Translations under genes and position numbers: made by a program
Notes under the pieces: model-generated
Database searches by the model: none
Told to the model about the DNA's origin: nothing
Seen by the model: only the letters and a program-made list of their open reading frames with translations
Shown here: positions 51,301-64,000 of the stretch, piece by piece
How positions within the stretch are numbered: position 1 is the stretch's first letter
How the letters are laid out: each line of letters begins with the position of its first letter
Assembly (NCBI RefSeq): GCF_964355755.1
Contig: NC_092673.1
Coordinates: forward strand, 10,574,948 to 10,638,947
Length of the DNA stretch: 64,000 bases
Direction: 5' to 3'
From: Antedon mediterranea
Taxonomy: Eukaryota > Animalia > Echinodermata

Positions 51301-54300
51301 TTCACACAAAATATAAAATTGTACAAAATACCTTCAAATCGCATTTGAAACCGTTTTTGAGCATTTTGAGAATTTCGATAAAACTTTTCACACAAAAACA
51401 TAAAAGGGCACAAAATTGATTAATATCGTATTTCGAAACGTTTTAGACCATTTTGAGCATTTCGATAAAACTTTTTCACACAAAACATCAAATTGTACGA
51501 AATAGCTTCCAATCGCATTTGGAGACGTTAAAACATAAAATTGTACAAAATAGCTTCAAATCGCATTTGGAGACGTTTTAAACTATTTTGAGCATTTCGA
51601 TAAAACTTTTTTACACAAAACATCAAAATGTACAATTTAGCTTCAAATCGCATTTCGAGGCGTTTTAGACCATTTTGTGTATTTCGATGAAACTTGGTTA
51701 CACAAAAACATTAAAGTTCTTAAAATCACATTTGTAACCGTTTTAGACCATTTTGAGCATTTCGATAAACCTTTTCACACAAAAACATCAAAGTGCAAAA
51801 AATAGCTTAATATCGTATTTGGAAACGTTTTAGACCATTTTGAACATTTCGACAAAACTTGTTCACACAAAATATCAAATTGTACAACATAGCTTCAAAT
51901 CGCATTTGGAGACGTTTTAGACCATTTTGAGCATTGCAATAAATCTTTTCACACTAAAACAACAAAGTGCAAAAATAGATTAATATCGTATTTAGAAACG
52001 TTTTAGACCATTTTGAGCATTTCGACAAAACTTTTTTACACAAAATATAAAATTGTACAAAATAGCTTCAAATCGCATTTTGAGACGTTTTTGACCATTT
52101 TGTGCATTTCGATGAAACTTGGTTACACAAAAACATCTAAGTGTTTAAAATCGTATTGGAAACCGTTTTAGATCATTTTGAGCATTTCGATAAAACTTTT
52201 CACACAAAAACATCAAAGTGCACAAAATAGCTTCAAATCGCATTTGGAGACGTTTTAGACCATTTTGAGCATTTCAATAAAACTTTTCAAACTAAAACAT
52301 CAAAGTGCACAAAATTGATTAATATTGTATTTCGAAACGTTTTAGACCATTTTGAGCATTTCGATAAAACTTTTTCACACAAAACATCAAATTGTACGAA
52401 ATAGCTTCCAATCGCATTTGGAGACGTTTAAACATCAAATTGTACAAAATAGCTTCAAATCGCATTTGGAAACGTTTTAGACCATTTTGAGTATTTCGAC
52501 AAAACTTTTTTACACAAAACATAGAATTGTACAAAATAGCTTCAAATCGCATTTGGAGACGTTTAAACATCAAATTGTACAAAATAGCTTCAAATCGCAT
52601 TTGGACACGTTTTAGACCATTTTGAGTATTTCGACAAAACTTTTTTACACAAAACATAGAATTGTACAAAATAGCTTCAAATCGCATTTGGAGACGTTTT
52701 AGACCATTTTGAGAATTTCAATAAAACATTTCACACAAAATATAAAATTGTACAAAATAGTTTCAAATCGCTTTTGGAGACGTTTTAGACCATTTTGAGC
52801 ATTTCGATAAAACTATTTCACACAAAACATCAAAATGTACAATTTAGCTTCAAATCTCAATTAGAGACGTTTTAGACCACTTTGAGCATTTCGATGAAAC
52901 TTGGTTACACAAAAACATCAAAGTGTTTAAAATCACATTTGCAACCGTTTTAGATCACTTTGAGCATTTCGACAAAACTTTTTCACGCAAAATATTAAAT
53001 TGTACAAAATAACTTCAAATCGCATTTGGAGACGTTTTAGACCATTTTGAGTATTTCAATAAAACTTTTCACACTAAAACATGAAAGTGCACAAAATATA
53101 TTAATATCGTATTTAGAAACGTTTTAGACCATTTTGAGCATTTCGATAACACTTTTTCAAACAAAACATCAAAATGTACAAAATATCTTCAAATCTCATT
53201 TAGAGACGTTTTAGACCATTTTGTGCATTTCGATGAAACTTGGTTACACAAAAACATCAAAGTGCTTAAAATCACATTTGAAACCATTTTAGACCATTTT
53301 GAGCATTTCGTTAAAACTTTTTACACAAAAACATCAAAGTGCACAAAATAGCTTCAAATCGCATTTGGAGACCTTTTAGACCATTTTGAGCATTTCAATA
53401 AAGCTTTTCACACTAAAACGTCAAAGTGCACAAAATAGATTAATATCGTATTTGGAAACGTTTTAGACCATTTTGAGCATTTCGACAAAACTTTTTCACA
53501 CAAAATATAAAAATGTACAAAATAGCTTAAAATCGCATTTGGAGACGTTTTAGACCATTTTGAGCATTGCGATAAAACTTTTTCACAGAAAACATCAAAT
53601 TGTACAAAATAGCTTCAAATCGCTTTTGGAGACGTTGTAGACCATTTTGAGCATTTCAATAAAACTTTTCACACTAAAACATCAAAGTGCACAAAATAGA
53701 TTAATATCGTATTAAGAAACGTTTTAGACCATTTTGAGCATTTCGACAAAACTTTTTCACACAAAATATAAAATTGTACAAAATAGCTTCAAATCGCATT
53801 TGAAGACGTTTAAACATCAAATTGTACAAAATAGCTTCAAATCGCATTTGGACACGTTTTAGACCATTTTGAGTATTTCGACAAAACTTTTTTACACAAA
53901 ACATAGAATTGTACAAAATAGCTTCAAATCGCATTTGGAGACGTTTTAGACCATTTTGAGAATTTCAATAAAACATTTCACACAAAATATAAAATTGTAC
54001 AAAATAGCTTCAAATCGCTTTTGGAGACGTTTTAGACCATTTTGAGCATTTCGATAAAACTATTTCACACAAAACATCAAAATGTACAATTTAGCTTCAA
54101 ATCGCATTTGAAGACGTTTAAACATCAAATTGTACAAAATAGCTTCAAATCGCATTTGGACACGTTTTAGACCATTTTGAGTATTTCGACAAAACTTTTT
54201 TACACAAAACATAGAATTGTACAAAATAGCTTCAAATCGCATTTGGAGACGTTTTAGACCATTTTGAGAATTTCAATAAAACATTTCACACAAAATATAA

Positions 54301-57300
54301 AATTGTACAAAATAGCTTCAAATCGCTTTTGGAGACGTTTTAGACCATTTTGAGCATTTCGATAAAACTATTTCACACAAAACATCAAAATGTACAATTT
54401 AGCTTCAAATCTCATTTAGAGACATTTTAGACCACTTTGAGCATTTCGATGAAACTTGGTTACACAAAAACATCAAAGTGTTTAAAATCACATTTGCAAC
54501 CGTTTTAGATCACTTTGAGCATTTCGACAAAACTTTTTCACGCAAAATATTAAATTGTACAAAATAACTTCAAATCGCATTTGGAGACGTTTTAGACCAT
54601 TTTGAGTATTTCAATAAAACTTTTCACACTAAAACATGAAAGTGCACAAAATATATTAATATCGTATTTAGAAACGTTTTAGACCATTTTGAGCATTTCG
54701 ATAACACTTTTTCAAACAAAACATCAAAATGTACAAAATATCTTCAAATCTCATTTAGAGACGTTTTAGACCATTTTGTGCATTTCGATGAAACTTGGTT
54801 ACACAAAAACATCAAAGTTCTTAAAATCACATTTGAAACCATTTTAGACCATTTTGAGCATTTCGATAAAACTTTTTACACAAAAACATCAAAGTGCACA
54901 AAATAGCTTCAAATCGCATTTGGAGACCTTTTAGACCATTTTGAGCATTTCAATAAAGCTTTTCACACTAAAACGTCAAAGTGCACAAAATAGATTAATA
55001 TCGTATTTGGAAACGTTTTCGACCATTTTGAGCATTTCGACAAAACTTTTTCACACAAAATATAAAATTGTACAAAATAGCTTAAAATCGCATTTGGAGA
55101 CGTTTTAGACCATTTTGAGCATTGCGATAAAACTTTTTCACAGAAAACATCAAATTGTACAAAATAGCTTCAAATCGCATTTGGAGACGTTGTAGACCAT
55201 TTTGAGCATTTCAATAAAACTTTTCACACTAAAACATCAAAGTGCACAAAATAGATTAATATCGTATTAAGAAACGTTTTAGACCATTTTGAGCATTTCG
55301 ACAAAACTTTTTCACACAAAATATAAAATTGTACAAAATAGCTTCAAATCGCATTTGGAGACGTTTTAGACCATTTTTTAGCATTTCGATAAAACTTTTC
55401 ACGCAAAAACATAAAAGTGCAAAAAATAGCTTAATATCGTATTTGGAAACGTTTTAGACCATTTTGAGCATTTCGACAAAACTTTTTCACACAAAACATC
55501 AAATTGTACAACATAGCTTCAAATCGCATTTGGAGACGTTTTAGACCATTTTGAGCATTTCAATAAAACTTTTAACACTAAAACATCAAAGTGCACAAAA
55601 TAGATTAATATCGTATTTAGAAACGTTTTAGACCATTTTGAGCATTTCGACAAAACTTTTTCACACAAAATATAAAATTGTACAAAATATCTTCAAATCG
55701 AATTTGGAGTTGTTTTAGACAATTTTGAGCATTTCGATAAAACTTAATCAAACAAAACATCAAAATGTACAAAATATCTTCAAATCTCATTTAGAGACGT
55801 TTTAGACCATTTTGTGCATTTCGATAAAACTTTTCACACTAAAACATCAAAGTGCACAAAATAGATTAATATCGTATTTAGAAAGGTTTTAGACCATTTT
55901 GAGCATTTCGAATAAACATTTTCACACAAAATATAAAATTGTACAAAATAGCTTCAAATCGAATTTGGAAATGTTTTAGACAATTTTGAGCATTTCGATA
56001 ACACTTTTCAAACAAAACATCAAAATGTACAAAATATCTTCAAATCTCATTTAGAGACGTTTTAGACCATTTTGTGCATTTCGATGAAACTTGGTTACAC
56101 AAAAACATCAAAGTGCTTAAAATCACATTTGAAACCATTTTAGACCATTTTGAGCATTTCGATAAAACTTTTTCACACAAAACATCAAAATGTAAAATTT
56201 AGCTTCAAATCGCATTTGGAGATGTTTTTGACCATTTTGTGCATTTTGATGAAACTTGGTTACACAAAAACATCAAAGTGTTTAAAATCACATTTGAAAC
56301 CGTTTTAGATCATTTTGAGTATTTCGACAAAACTTTTTCACACAAAATATCAAATTGTACAAAATAAATTTATATATAGATAACTTCATATTGCATTTGG
56401 AGACGTTTTAGACCATTTTGAGCATTTCAATAAAACTTTTCACACTAAAACATCAAAGTGCACAAAATAGATTAATATCGTATTTAGAAACGTTTTAGAC
56501 GATTTTGAGCATTTCGACAAAACTTTTTCACACAAAATATAAATTGTACAAAATAGCTTCAAATCGAATTTGGAGATGTTTTAGACAATTTTGAGCATTT
56601 CGATAAAACTTGGTTACACAAAAACATCAAAGTGCTTAAAATCACATTTGAAACCGTTTTAGACCATTTCGAGCATTTCGATAAAACTTTTCACACAAAA
56701 ACATCAAAGTGCACAAAATAGCTTAATATCGTATTTCGAAACATTTTAGACCATTTTGAGCATTTCGATAAAACTTTTTCAAACAAAACATCAAATTGTA
56801 CGAAATAGTTTCAAACCACATTTGGAGACGTTTAAACATCAAATTGTACAAAATAGCTTCAAATCGCATTTGGAGACGTTTTAAACTATTTTGAGCATTT
56901 CGATAAAACTTTTTTACACAAAACATCAAAATGTACAATTTAGCTTCAAATCGCATTTCGAGGCGTTTTAGACCATTTTGTGTATTTCGATGAAACTTGG
57001 TTACACAAAAACATTAAAGTTCTTAAAATCACATTTGTAACCGTTTTAGACCATTTAGAGCATTTCGATAAACCTTTTCACACAAAAACATCAAAGTGCA
57101 AAAAATAGCTTAATATCGTATTTGGAAACGTTTTAGACCATTTTGAACATTTCGACAAAACTTTTTCACACAAAATATCAAATTGTACAACATAGCTTCA
57201 AATCGCATTTGGAGACGTTTTAGACCATTTTGAGCATTGCAATAAATCTTTTCACACTAAAACAACAAAGTGCAAAAATAGATTAATATCGTATTTAGAA

Positions 57301-59563
57301 ACGTTTTAGACCATTTTGAGCATTTCGACAAAACTTTTTACACAAAATATAAAATTGTACAAAATAGCTTCAAATCGCGTTTTGAGACGTTTTTGACCAT
57401 TTTGTGCATTTCGATGAAACTTGGTTACACAAAAACATCAAAGTGTTTAAAATCGTATTTGAAACCTTTTTTGATCATTTTGAGCATTTCGATAAAACTT
57501 TTCACACAAAAACATCAAAGTGCACAAAATAGCTTCAAATCGCATTTGGAGACGTTTTAGACCATTTTGAGCATTTCAATAAAACTTTTCACACTAAAAC
57601 ATCAAAGTGCACACAATTGATTAATATCGTATTTCGAAACGTTTTAGACCATTTTGAGCATTTCGATAAAACTTTTTCACACAAAACATCAAATTGTACG
57701 AAAAAGCTTCTAATCGCATTTGGAGACTTTTAAACATCAAATTGTACAAAATAGCTTCAAATCGCATTTGGACACGTTTTAGACCATTTTGAGTATTTCG
57801 ACAAAACTTTTTTACACAAAACATCAAATTGTACAACATAGCTTCAAATCGCATTTGGAGACGTTTTAGACCATTTTGAGCATTTCAATAAAACTTTTCA
57901 CACAAAATATAAAATTGTACAAAATACCTTCAAATCGCATTTGAAACCGTTTTTGAGCATTTTGAGCATTTCGATAAAACTTTTAACACAAAAACATAAA
58001 AGGGCACAAAATAGCTTAACATCGTATTTGGAAACGTTTTAGACCATTTTGAGCATTTCGATAAAACTTTTTGACGCAAAACATCAAATTGTACGAAATA
58101 GCTTCAAATCGCATTTGGAGACTTTTAAACATCAAATTGTACAAAATAGCTTCAAATCGCATTTGGAGACGTTTTAGACCATTTTGAGCATTTCGATAAA
58201 ACTTTTCACACAAAAACTTCAAAGTGCAAAAAATAGCTTAATATCGTATTTTGAAACGTTTTAGACCATTTTGAACATTTCGACAAAACTTTTTCACACA
58301 AAACATCAAATTGTACAACATAGCTTCAAATCGCATTTGGAGACGTTTTAGACCATTTTGAGCATTGCAATAAATCTTTTCACACTAAAACATCAAAGTG
58401 CACACAATTGATTAATATCGTATTTCGAAACGTTTTAGACCATTTTGAGCATTTCGATAAAACTTTTTCACACAAAACATCAAATTGTACGAAAAAGCTT
58501 CTAATCGCATTTGGAGACTTTTAAACATCAAATTGTACAAAATAGCTTCAAATCGCATTTGGACACGTTTTAGACCATTTTGAGTATTTCGACAAAACTT
58601 TTTTACACAAAACATCAAATTGTACAACATAGCTTCAAATCGCATTTGGAGACGTTTTAGACCATTTTGAGCATTTCAAAAAAACTTTTCACACAAAATA
58701 TAAAATTGTACAAAATACCTTCAAATCGCATTTGAAACCGTTTTTGAGCATTTTGAGCATTTCGATAAACTTTTAACACAAAAACATAAAAGGGCACAAA
58801 ATAGCTTAACATCGTATTTGGAAACGTTTTAGACCATTTTGAGCATTTGGATAAAACTTTTTGACGCAAAACATCAAATTGTACGAAATAGCTTCAAATC
58901 GCATTTGGAGACTTTTAAACATCAAATTGTACAAAATAGCTTCAAATCGCATTTGGAGACGTTTTAGACCATTTTGAGCATTTCGATAAAACTTTTCACA
59001 CAAAAACATCAAAGTGCAAAAAATAGCTTAATATCGTATTTTGAAACGTTTTAGACCATTTTGAACATTTCGACAAAACTTTTTCACACAAAACATCAAA
59101 TTGTACAACATAGCTTCAAATCGCATTTGGAGACGTTTTAGACCATTTTGAGCATTGCAATAAATCTTTTCACACTAAAAAATCAAATTGTACAAAATAG
59201 ATTAATATCGTATTTAGAAACGTTTTAGACCATTTTGAGAATATCGACAAAACTTTTTCACACAAAATATAAAATTGTACAAAATAGCTTCAAATCGCAT
59301 TTGAAACCGTTTTAGATCATTTTGAGCATTTCGATAAAACTTTTCACACTAAAACATCAAAGTGCAAAAAATAGCTTAACATCGTATTTGGAAACGTTTT
59401 AGACCATTTTGAGCATTTCAATAAAACTTTTCACACTAAAACATGAAAGTGCACAAAATAGATTAATATCGTATTTAGAAACGTTTTAGACCATTTTGAG
59501 AATTTCGAAAAAACTTTTTCACACAAAATATAAAATTGTACAAAATAGCTTCAAATCGAATTT

Positions 59564-59889
59564 TTTGTTTTATTTTGTTTTATCTTTATCTTTATACTGG
59601 GTGACCTCTTCAGTCAAAGACTGATCTCCCAGAGGGCCCAGTTGGTGATCAGTGGCTGTGATGTACTAATACACCGGGGTAACCCCCTCCTCGTCTCGAA
59701 AGATGTACTAGGTTCTTTAAAGTGCACACGAGCAAGTTGTGTACACTGGACCTACGGTTTATAGTCCTTATCCGAGAAGACTCGTTCTACCACCAGAACC
59801 ATGGAGTGAGTGAGCCTCGAACCCCTGCCGATGTTATGGCTACGTGATTACGGATCCACTGTCTTAACCGCTCGGCCACTCACTCACTC
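59564..59889 (-). mobile_element. tRNA-derived SINE (probable MetaSINE-type core), copy 1
   Basis: Head GTGGCCGAGCGGTTAAG...GGTTCGAG (A/B boxes), core GGATAAGGACTATAAACCG...TTAAAGAACC, 3' hairpin and A-rich tail; AATTT on both flanks. Confidence 0.88.
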
Positions 59890-60832
59890 AATTTGGAAAT
59901 GTTTTAGACAATTTTGAGCATTTCGATAACACTTTTTCAAACAAAACATCAAAATGTACAAAATATCTTCAAATCTCATTTAGAGACGTTTTAGACCATT
60001 TTGTGCATTTCGATGAAACTTGGTTACACAAAAACATCAAAGTGTTTAAAATCACATTTGAAACCGTTTTAGATCATTTTGAGCATTTCGACAAAACTTT
60101 TTCACACAAAATATCAAATTGTACAAAATAACTTCAAATCCCATTTGGAGACGTTTTAGACCATTTTGAGCATTTCAATAAAACTTTTCACACTAAAACA
60201 TCAAAGTGCACAAAATAGATTAATATCGTATTTAGAAACGTTTTAGACCATTTTGAGCATTTCGACAAAATTTTTCACACAAAATATAAAATTGTACAGA
60301 ATAGCTTCAAATCGAATTTGGAGTTGTTTTAGACAATTTTGAGCATTTCGATAAAACTTTTTCAAACAAAACATCAAAATGTACAAAATATCTTCAAATC
60401 TCATTTAGAGACGTTTTAGACCATTTTGTGCATTTCGATGAAACTTGGTTACACAAAAACATCAAAGTTCTTAAAATCACATTTGAAACCGTTTTAGACC
60501 ATTTTGAGCATTTCGATAAAACTTTTCACACAAAAACATCAAATTGAACAAAATAGCTTAATATCATATTTGGAAACGTTTTAGACCATTTTGAACATTT
60601 CGACAAAGCTTTTTCACACAAAACATCAAATTGTACAACATATCTTCAAATCGCATTTGGAGACGTTTTAAACCATTTTGAGCATTTCAATAAAACTTTT
60701 CACACTAAAACATCAAAGTGCACAAAATAGATTAATATCGTATTTAGAAACGTTTTAGACCATTTTGAGAATTTCGAAAAAACTTTTTCGCACAAAATAT
60801 AAAATTGTACAAAATAGCTTCAAATCGAATTT

Positions 60833-61158
60833 TTTGTTTTATTTTGTTTTATCTTTATCTTTATACTGGGTGACCTCTTCAGTCAAAGCCTGATCTCCCA
60901 GAGGGCCCAGTTGGTGATCAGTGGCTGTGATGTACTAATACACCGGGGTAACCCCCTCCTCGTCTCGAAAGATGTACTAGGTTCTGTAAAGTGCACACGA
61001 GCAAGTTGTGTACACTGGACCTACGGTTTATAGTCCTTATCCGAGAAGACTCGTTCTACCACCAGAACCATGGAGTGAGTGAGCCTCGAACCCCTGCCGA
61101 TGTTATGGCTACGTGATTACGGATCCACTGTCTTAACCGCTCGGCCACTCACTCACTC
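60833..61158 (-). mobile_element. tRNA-derived SINE, copy 2
   Basis: Near identical to copy 1, same satellite position. Confidence 0.88.
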
Positions 61159-62370
61159 AATTTGGAAATGTTTTAGACAATTTTGAGCATTTCGATAACA
61201 CTTTTTCAAACAAAACATCAAAATGTACAAAATATCTTCAAATCTCATTTAGAGACGTTTTAGACCATTTTGTGCATTTCGATGAAACTTGGTTACACAA
61301 AAACATCAAAGTGCTTAAAATCACATTTGAAACCATTTTAGACCATTTTGAGCATTTCGATAAAACTGTTCACACAAAAACATCAACGTGTACAAAATAG
61401 CTTAATATCGTATTTGGAAACGTTTTAGACCATTTTGAACATTTCGACAAAACTTTTTCACACAAAACATCAAATTGTACAAAATAGCTTCAAATCGCAT
61501 TTGGAGACGTTTTAGACCATTTTGAGCATTTCGATAAAACTTTTCACACAAAAACATCAAAGTGCAAACAATAGCTTAATATCGTATTTGGAAACGTTTT
61601 AGACCATTTTGAACATTTCGACAAAACTTTTTCACACAAAACATCAAATTGTACAACATAGCTTCAAATCGCATTTGGAGACGTTTTAGACCATTTTGAG
61701 CATTGCAATGAAACTTTTCACACAAAATATAAAATTGTACAAAATAGCTTAAAATCACAGTTGAAACCGTTTTTGAGCATTTTGAGCATTTCGATAAAAC
61801 TTTTCACACAAAAACATCAAAGTGCACAAAATAGCTTCAAATCGCATTTGGAGACGTTTTAGACCATTTTGAGCATTTCAATAAAACTTTTCACACTAAA
61901 ACATCAAAGTGCACAAAATAGATTAATATCGTATTTAGAAACGTTTTAGACCATTTTGAGCATTTCGACAAAATTTTTCACACAAAATATAAAATTGTAC
62001 AAAATAGATTCAAATCGCATTTGGAGACGTTTTAGACCATTTTGAGCATTTCGATAAAACTTTTTCACACAAAACATCAAAATGTACAATTTAGCTTCAA
62101 ATCGCATTTGATGACGTTTTTGATGATTTTGAGCATTTCGATAAAACTTTTTCACACAAAACATCAAATTGTACAACATAGCTTCAAATCGCATTTGGAG
62201 ACGTTTTAGACCATTTTGAGCATTGCAATAAAACTTTTCACACTAAAACATCAAAGTGCACAAAATAGATTAATATCGTATTTAGAAACGTTTTAGACCA
62301 TTTTGAGAATTTCGAAAAAACTTTTTCACACAAAATATAAAATTGTACAAAATAGCTTCAAATCGAATTT

Positions 62371-62696
62371 TTTGTTTTATTTTGTTTTATCTTTATCTTT
62401 ATACTGGGTGACCTCTTCAGTCAAAGACTGATCTCCCAGAAGGCCCAGTTGGTGATCAGTGGCTGTGATGTACTAATACACCGGGGTAACCCCCTCCTCG
62501 TCTTGAAAGATGTACTAGGTTCTTTAAAGTGCACACGAGCAAGTTGTGTACACTGGACCTACGGTTTATAGTCCTTATCCGAGAAGACTCGTTCTACCAC
62601 CAGAAACATGGAGTGAGTGAGCCTCAAACCCCTGCCGATGTTATGGCTACGTGATTACGGTTCAACTGTCTTAACCGCTCGGCCACTCACTCATTC
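62371..62696 (-). mobile_element. tRNA-derived SINE, copy 3
   Basis: Same element and site, with variant head substitutions. Confidence 0.88.
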
Positions 62697-62942
62697 AATT
62701 TGGAAATGTTTTAGACAATTTTGAGCATTTCGATAACACTTTGTCAAACAAAACATCAAAATGTACAAAATATCTTCAAATCTCATTTTGAGCATTTCAA
62801 TAAAACTTTTCACACTAAAACATCAAAGTGCACAAAATAGATTAATATCGTGTTTAGAAACGTTTTAGACCATTTTGAGAATTTCGAAAAAACTTTTTCA
62901 CACAAAATATAAAATTGTACAAAATAGCTTCAAATCGAATTT

Positions 62943-63262
62943 TTTGTTTTATTTTGTTTTATCTTTATACTGGGTGACCTCTTCAGTCAAAGACTGATCT
63001 CCCAGAGGGCCCAGTTGGTGATCAGTGGCTGTGATGTACTAATACACCGGGGTAACCCCCTCCTCGTCTCGAAAGATGTACTAGGTTCTTTAAAGTGCAC
63101 ACGAGCAAGTTGTGTACACTGGACCTACGGTTTATAGTCCTTATCCGAGAAGACTCGTTCTACCACCAGAACCATGGAGTGAGTGAGCCTCAAACCCCTG
63201 CCGATGTTATGGCTACGTGATTACGGCTCAACTGTCTTAACCGCTCGGCCACTCACTCATTC
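62943..63262 (-). mobile_element. tRNA-derived SINE, copy 4
   Basis: Same element and site; shares head variants with copy 3. Confidence 0.88.
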
Positions 63263-64000
63263 AATTTGGAAATGTTTTAGACAATTTTGAGCATTTCGAT
63301 AACACTTTTTCAAACAAAACATCAAAATGTACAAAATATCTTCAAATCTCATTTAGAGACGTTTTAGACCATTTTGTGCATTTCGATGAAACTTGGTCAC
63401 ATTTGAAACCATTTTAGACGATTTTGAGCATTTCGATAAAACTGTTCACACAAAAACATCAACGTGTACAAAATAGCTTAATATCGTATTTGGAAACGTT
63501 TTAGACCATTTTGAACATTTCGACAAAACTTTTTCACACAAAACATCAAATTGTACAACATAATTTCAAATCGCATTTGGAGACGTTTTAAACCATTTTG
63601 AGCATTTCAATAAAACTTTTCACACTAAAACATCAAAGTGCACAAAATAGCTTAACATCGTATTTGGAAACGTTTTAGACAATTTTGAACATTTCGACAA
63701 AACTTTTTCACACAAAACATCAAATTGTACAAAATAGCTTCAAATCGCATTTGTAGACGTTTTATACCATTTTGAGCATTTCAATAAAACTTTTCACACT
63801 AAAACATCAAAGTGCACAAAATAGATTAATATCGTATTTAGAATCGTTTTAGACCATTTTGAGCATTTCGACAAAACTTTTTCACACAAAATATAAAATT
63901 GTACAAAATAGCTTCAAATCGAATTTGGAGTTGTTTTAGACACTTTTGAGCATTTCGATAAAACTTAATCAAAGAAAACATCAAAATGTACAAAATAGCT

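Larger units (their letters stand above)
28421..64000 (+). repeat. 87-bp AT-rich satellite array with shorter monomer variants (~76 and ~45 bp) and higher-order repeats
   Basis: Consensus aaaacatcaaattgtacaaaatagcttcaaatcgcatttggagacgttttagaccattttgagcatttcgataaaactttttcacac. Interrupted at ~33930-34340, 35607-37230, 37455-42986 and by four SINEs. Confidence 0.98.

Noticed and set aside
59805-59889. Functional tRNA gene
   Set aside because: T-arm and anticodon stems pair poorly, and the sequence continues into a SINE body and tail.
27971-62194. Many 60-120 aa ORFs with MRFEAILYNLMFCVKKFYRNAQNGLKR repeats
   Set aside because: Translations of the 87-bp (29-codon) satellite; no evidence of coding function.
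28421-64000. CENP-B box in the satellite
   Set aside because: TTCG is present but the downstream CGGG of the box is not.

Overview
This is AT-rich, repeat-dense eukaryotic DNA, most likely heterochromatin of a marine invertebrate (host not identifiable from sequence alone). No host gene is recognisable. From left to right: (1) a ~9.5 kb (GCTGATCTATC(TC)n) array carrying a CR1-type LINE tail; (2) the decayed terminal 3.6 kb of a Polinton/Maverick (PC4-like gene, chromodomain integrase, minor capsid protein, amphipathic core protein, AGTAGT-type terminus); (3) ~4 kb of old repeat debris; (4) a ~46 kb array of an 87-bp satellite with a polarity switch at ~28420 and ~900-bp higher-order repeats. 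Inserted in the satellite are a CAC...GTG element with a 4-bp TSD whose left end mimics a 12-RSS, a complete but decayed Ngaro tyrosine-recombinase retrotransposon (A1...B1-A2-B2) with an upstream SGNH-hydrolase relic split by a Mutator-like MITE, a second Ngaro-type fragment, a near full-length CR1/L2-group LINE with two nested inserts, and four copies of a tRNA-derived SINE. The most striking unexplained signal is that both YR elements carry, just downstream of the recombinase, nine-copy arrays of hairpins with the same geometry (stem, single 5' bulge, 4-bp stem, ~4-nt loop) despite unrelated primary sequence. All calls are by eye, and boundaries of degraded elements are approximate.
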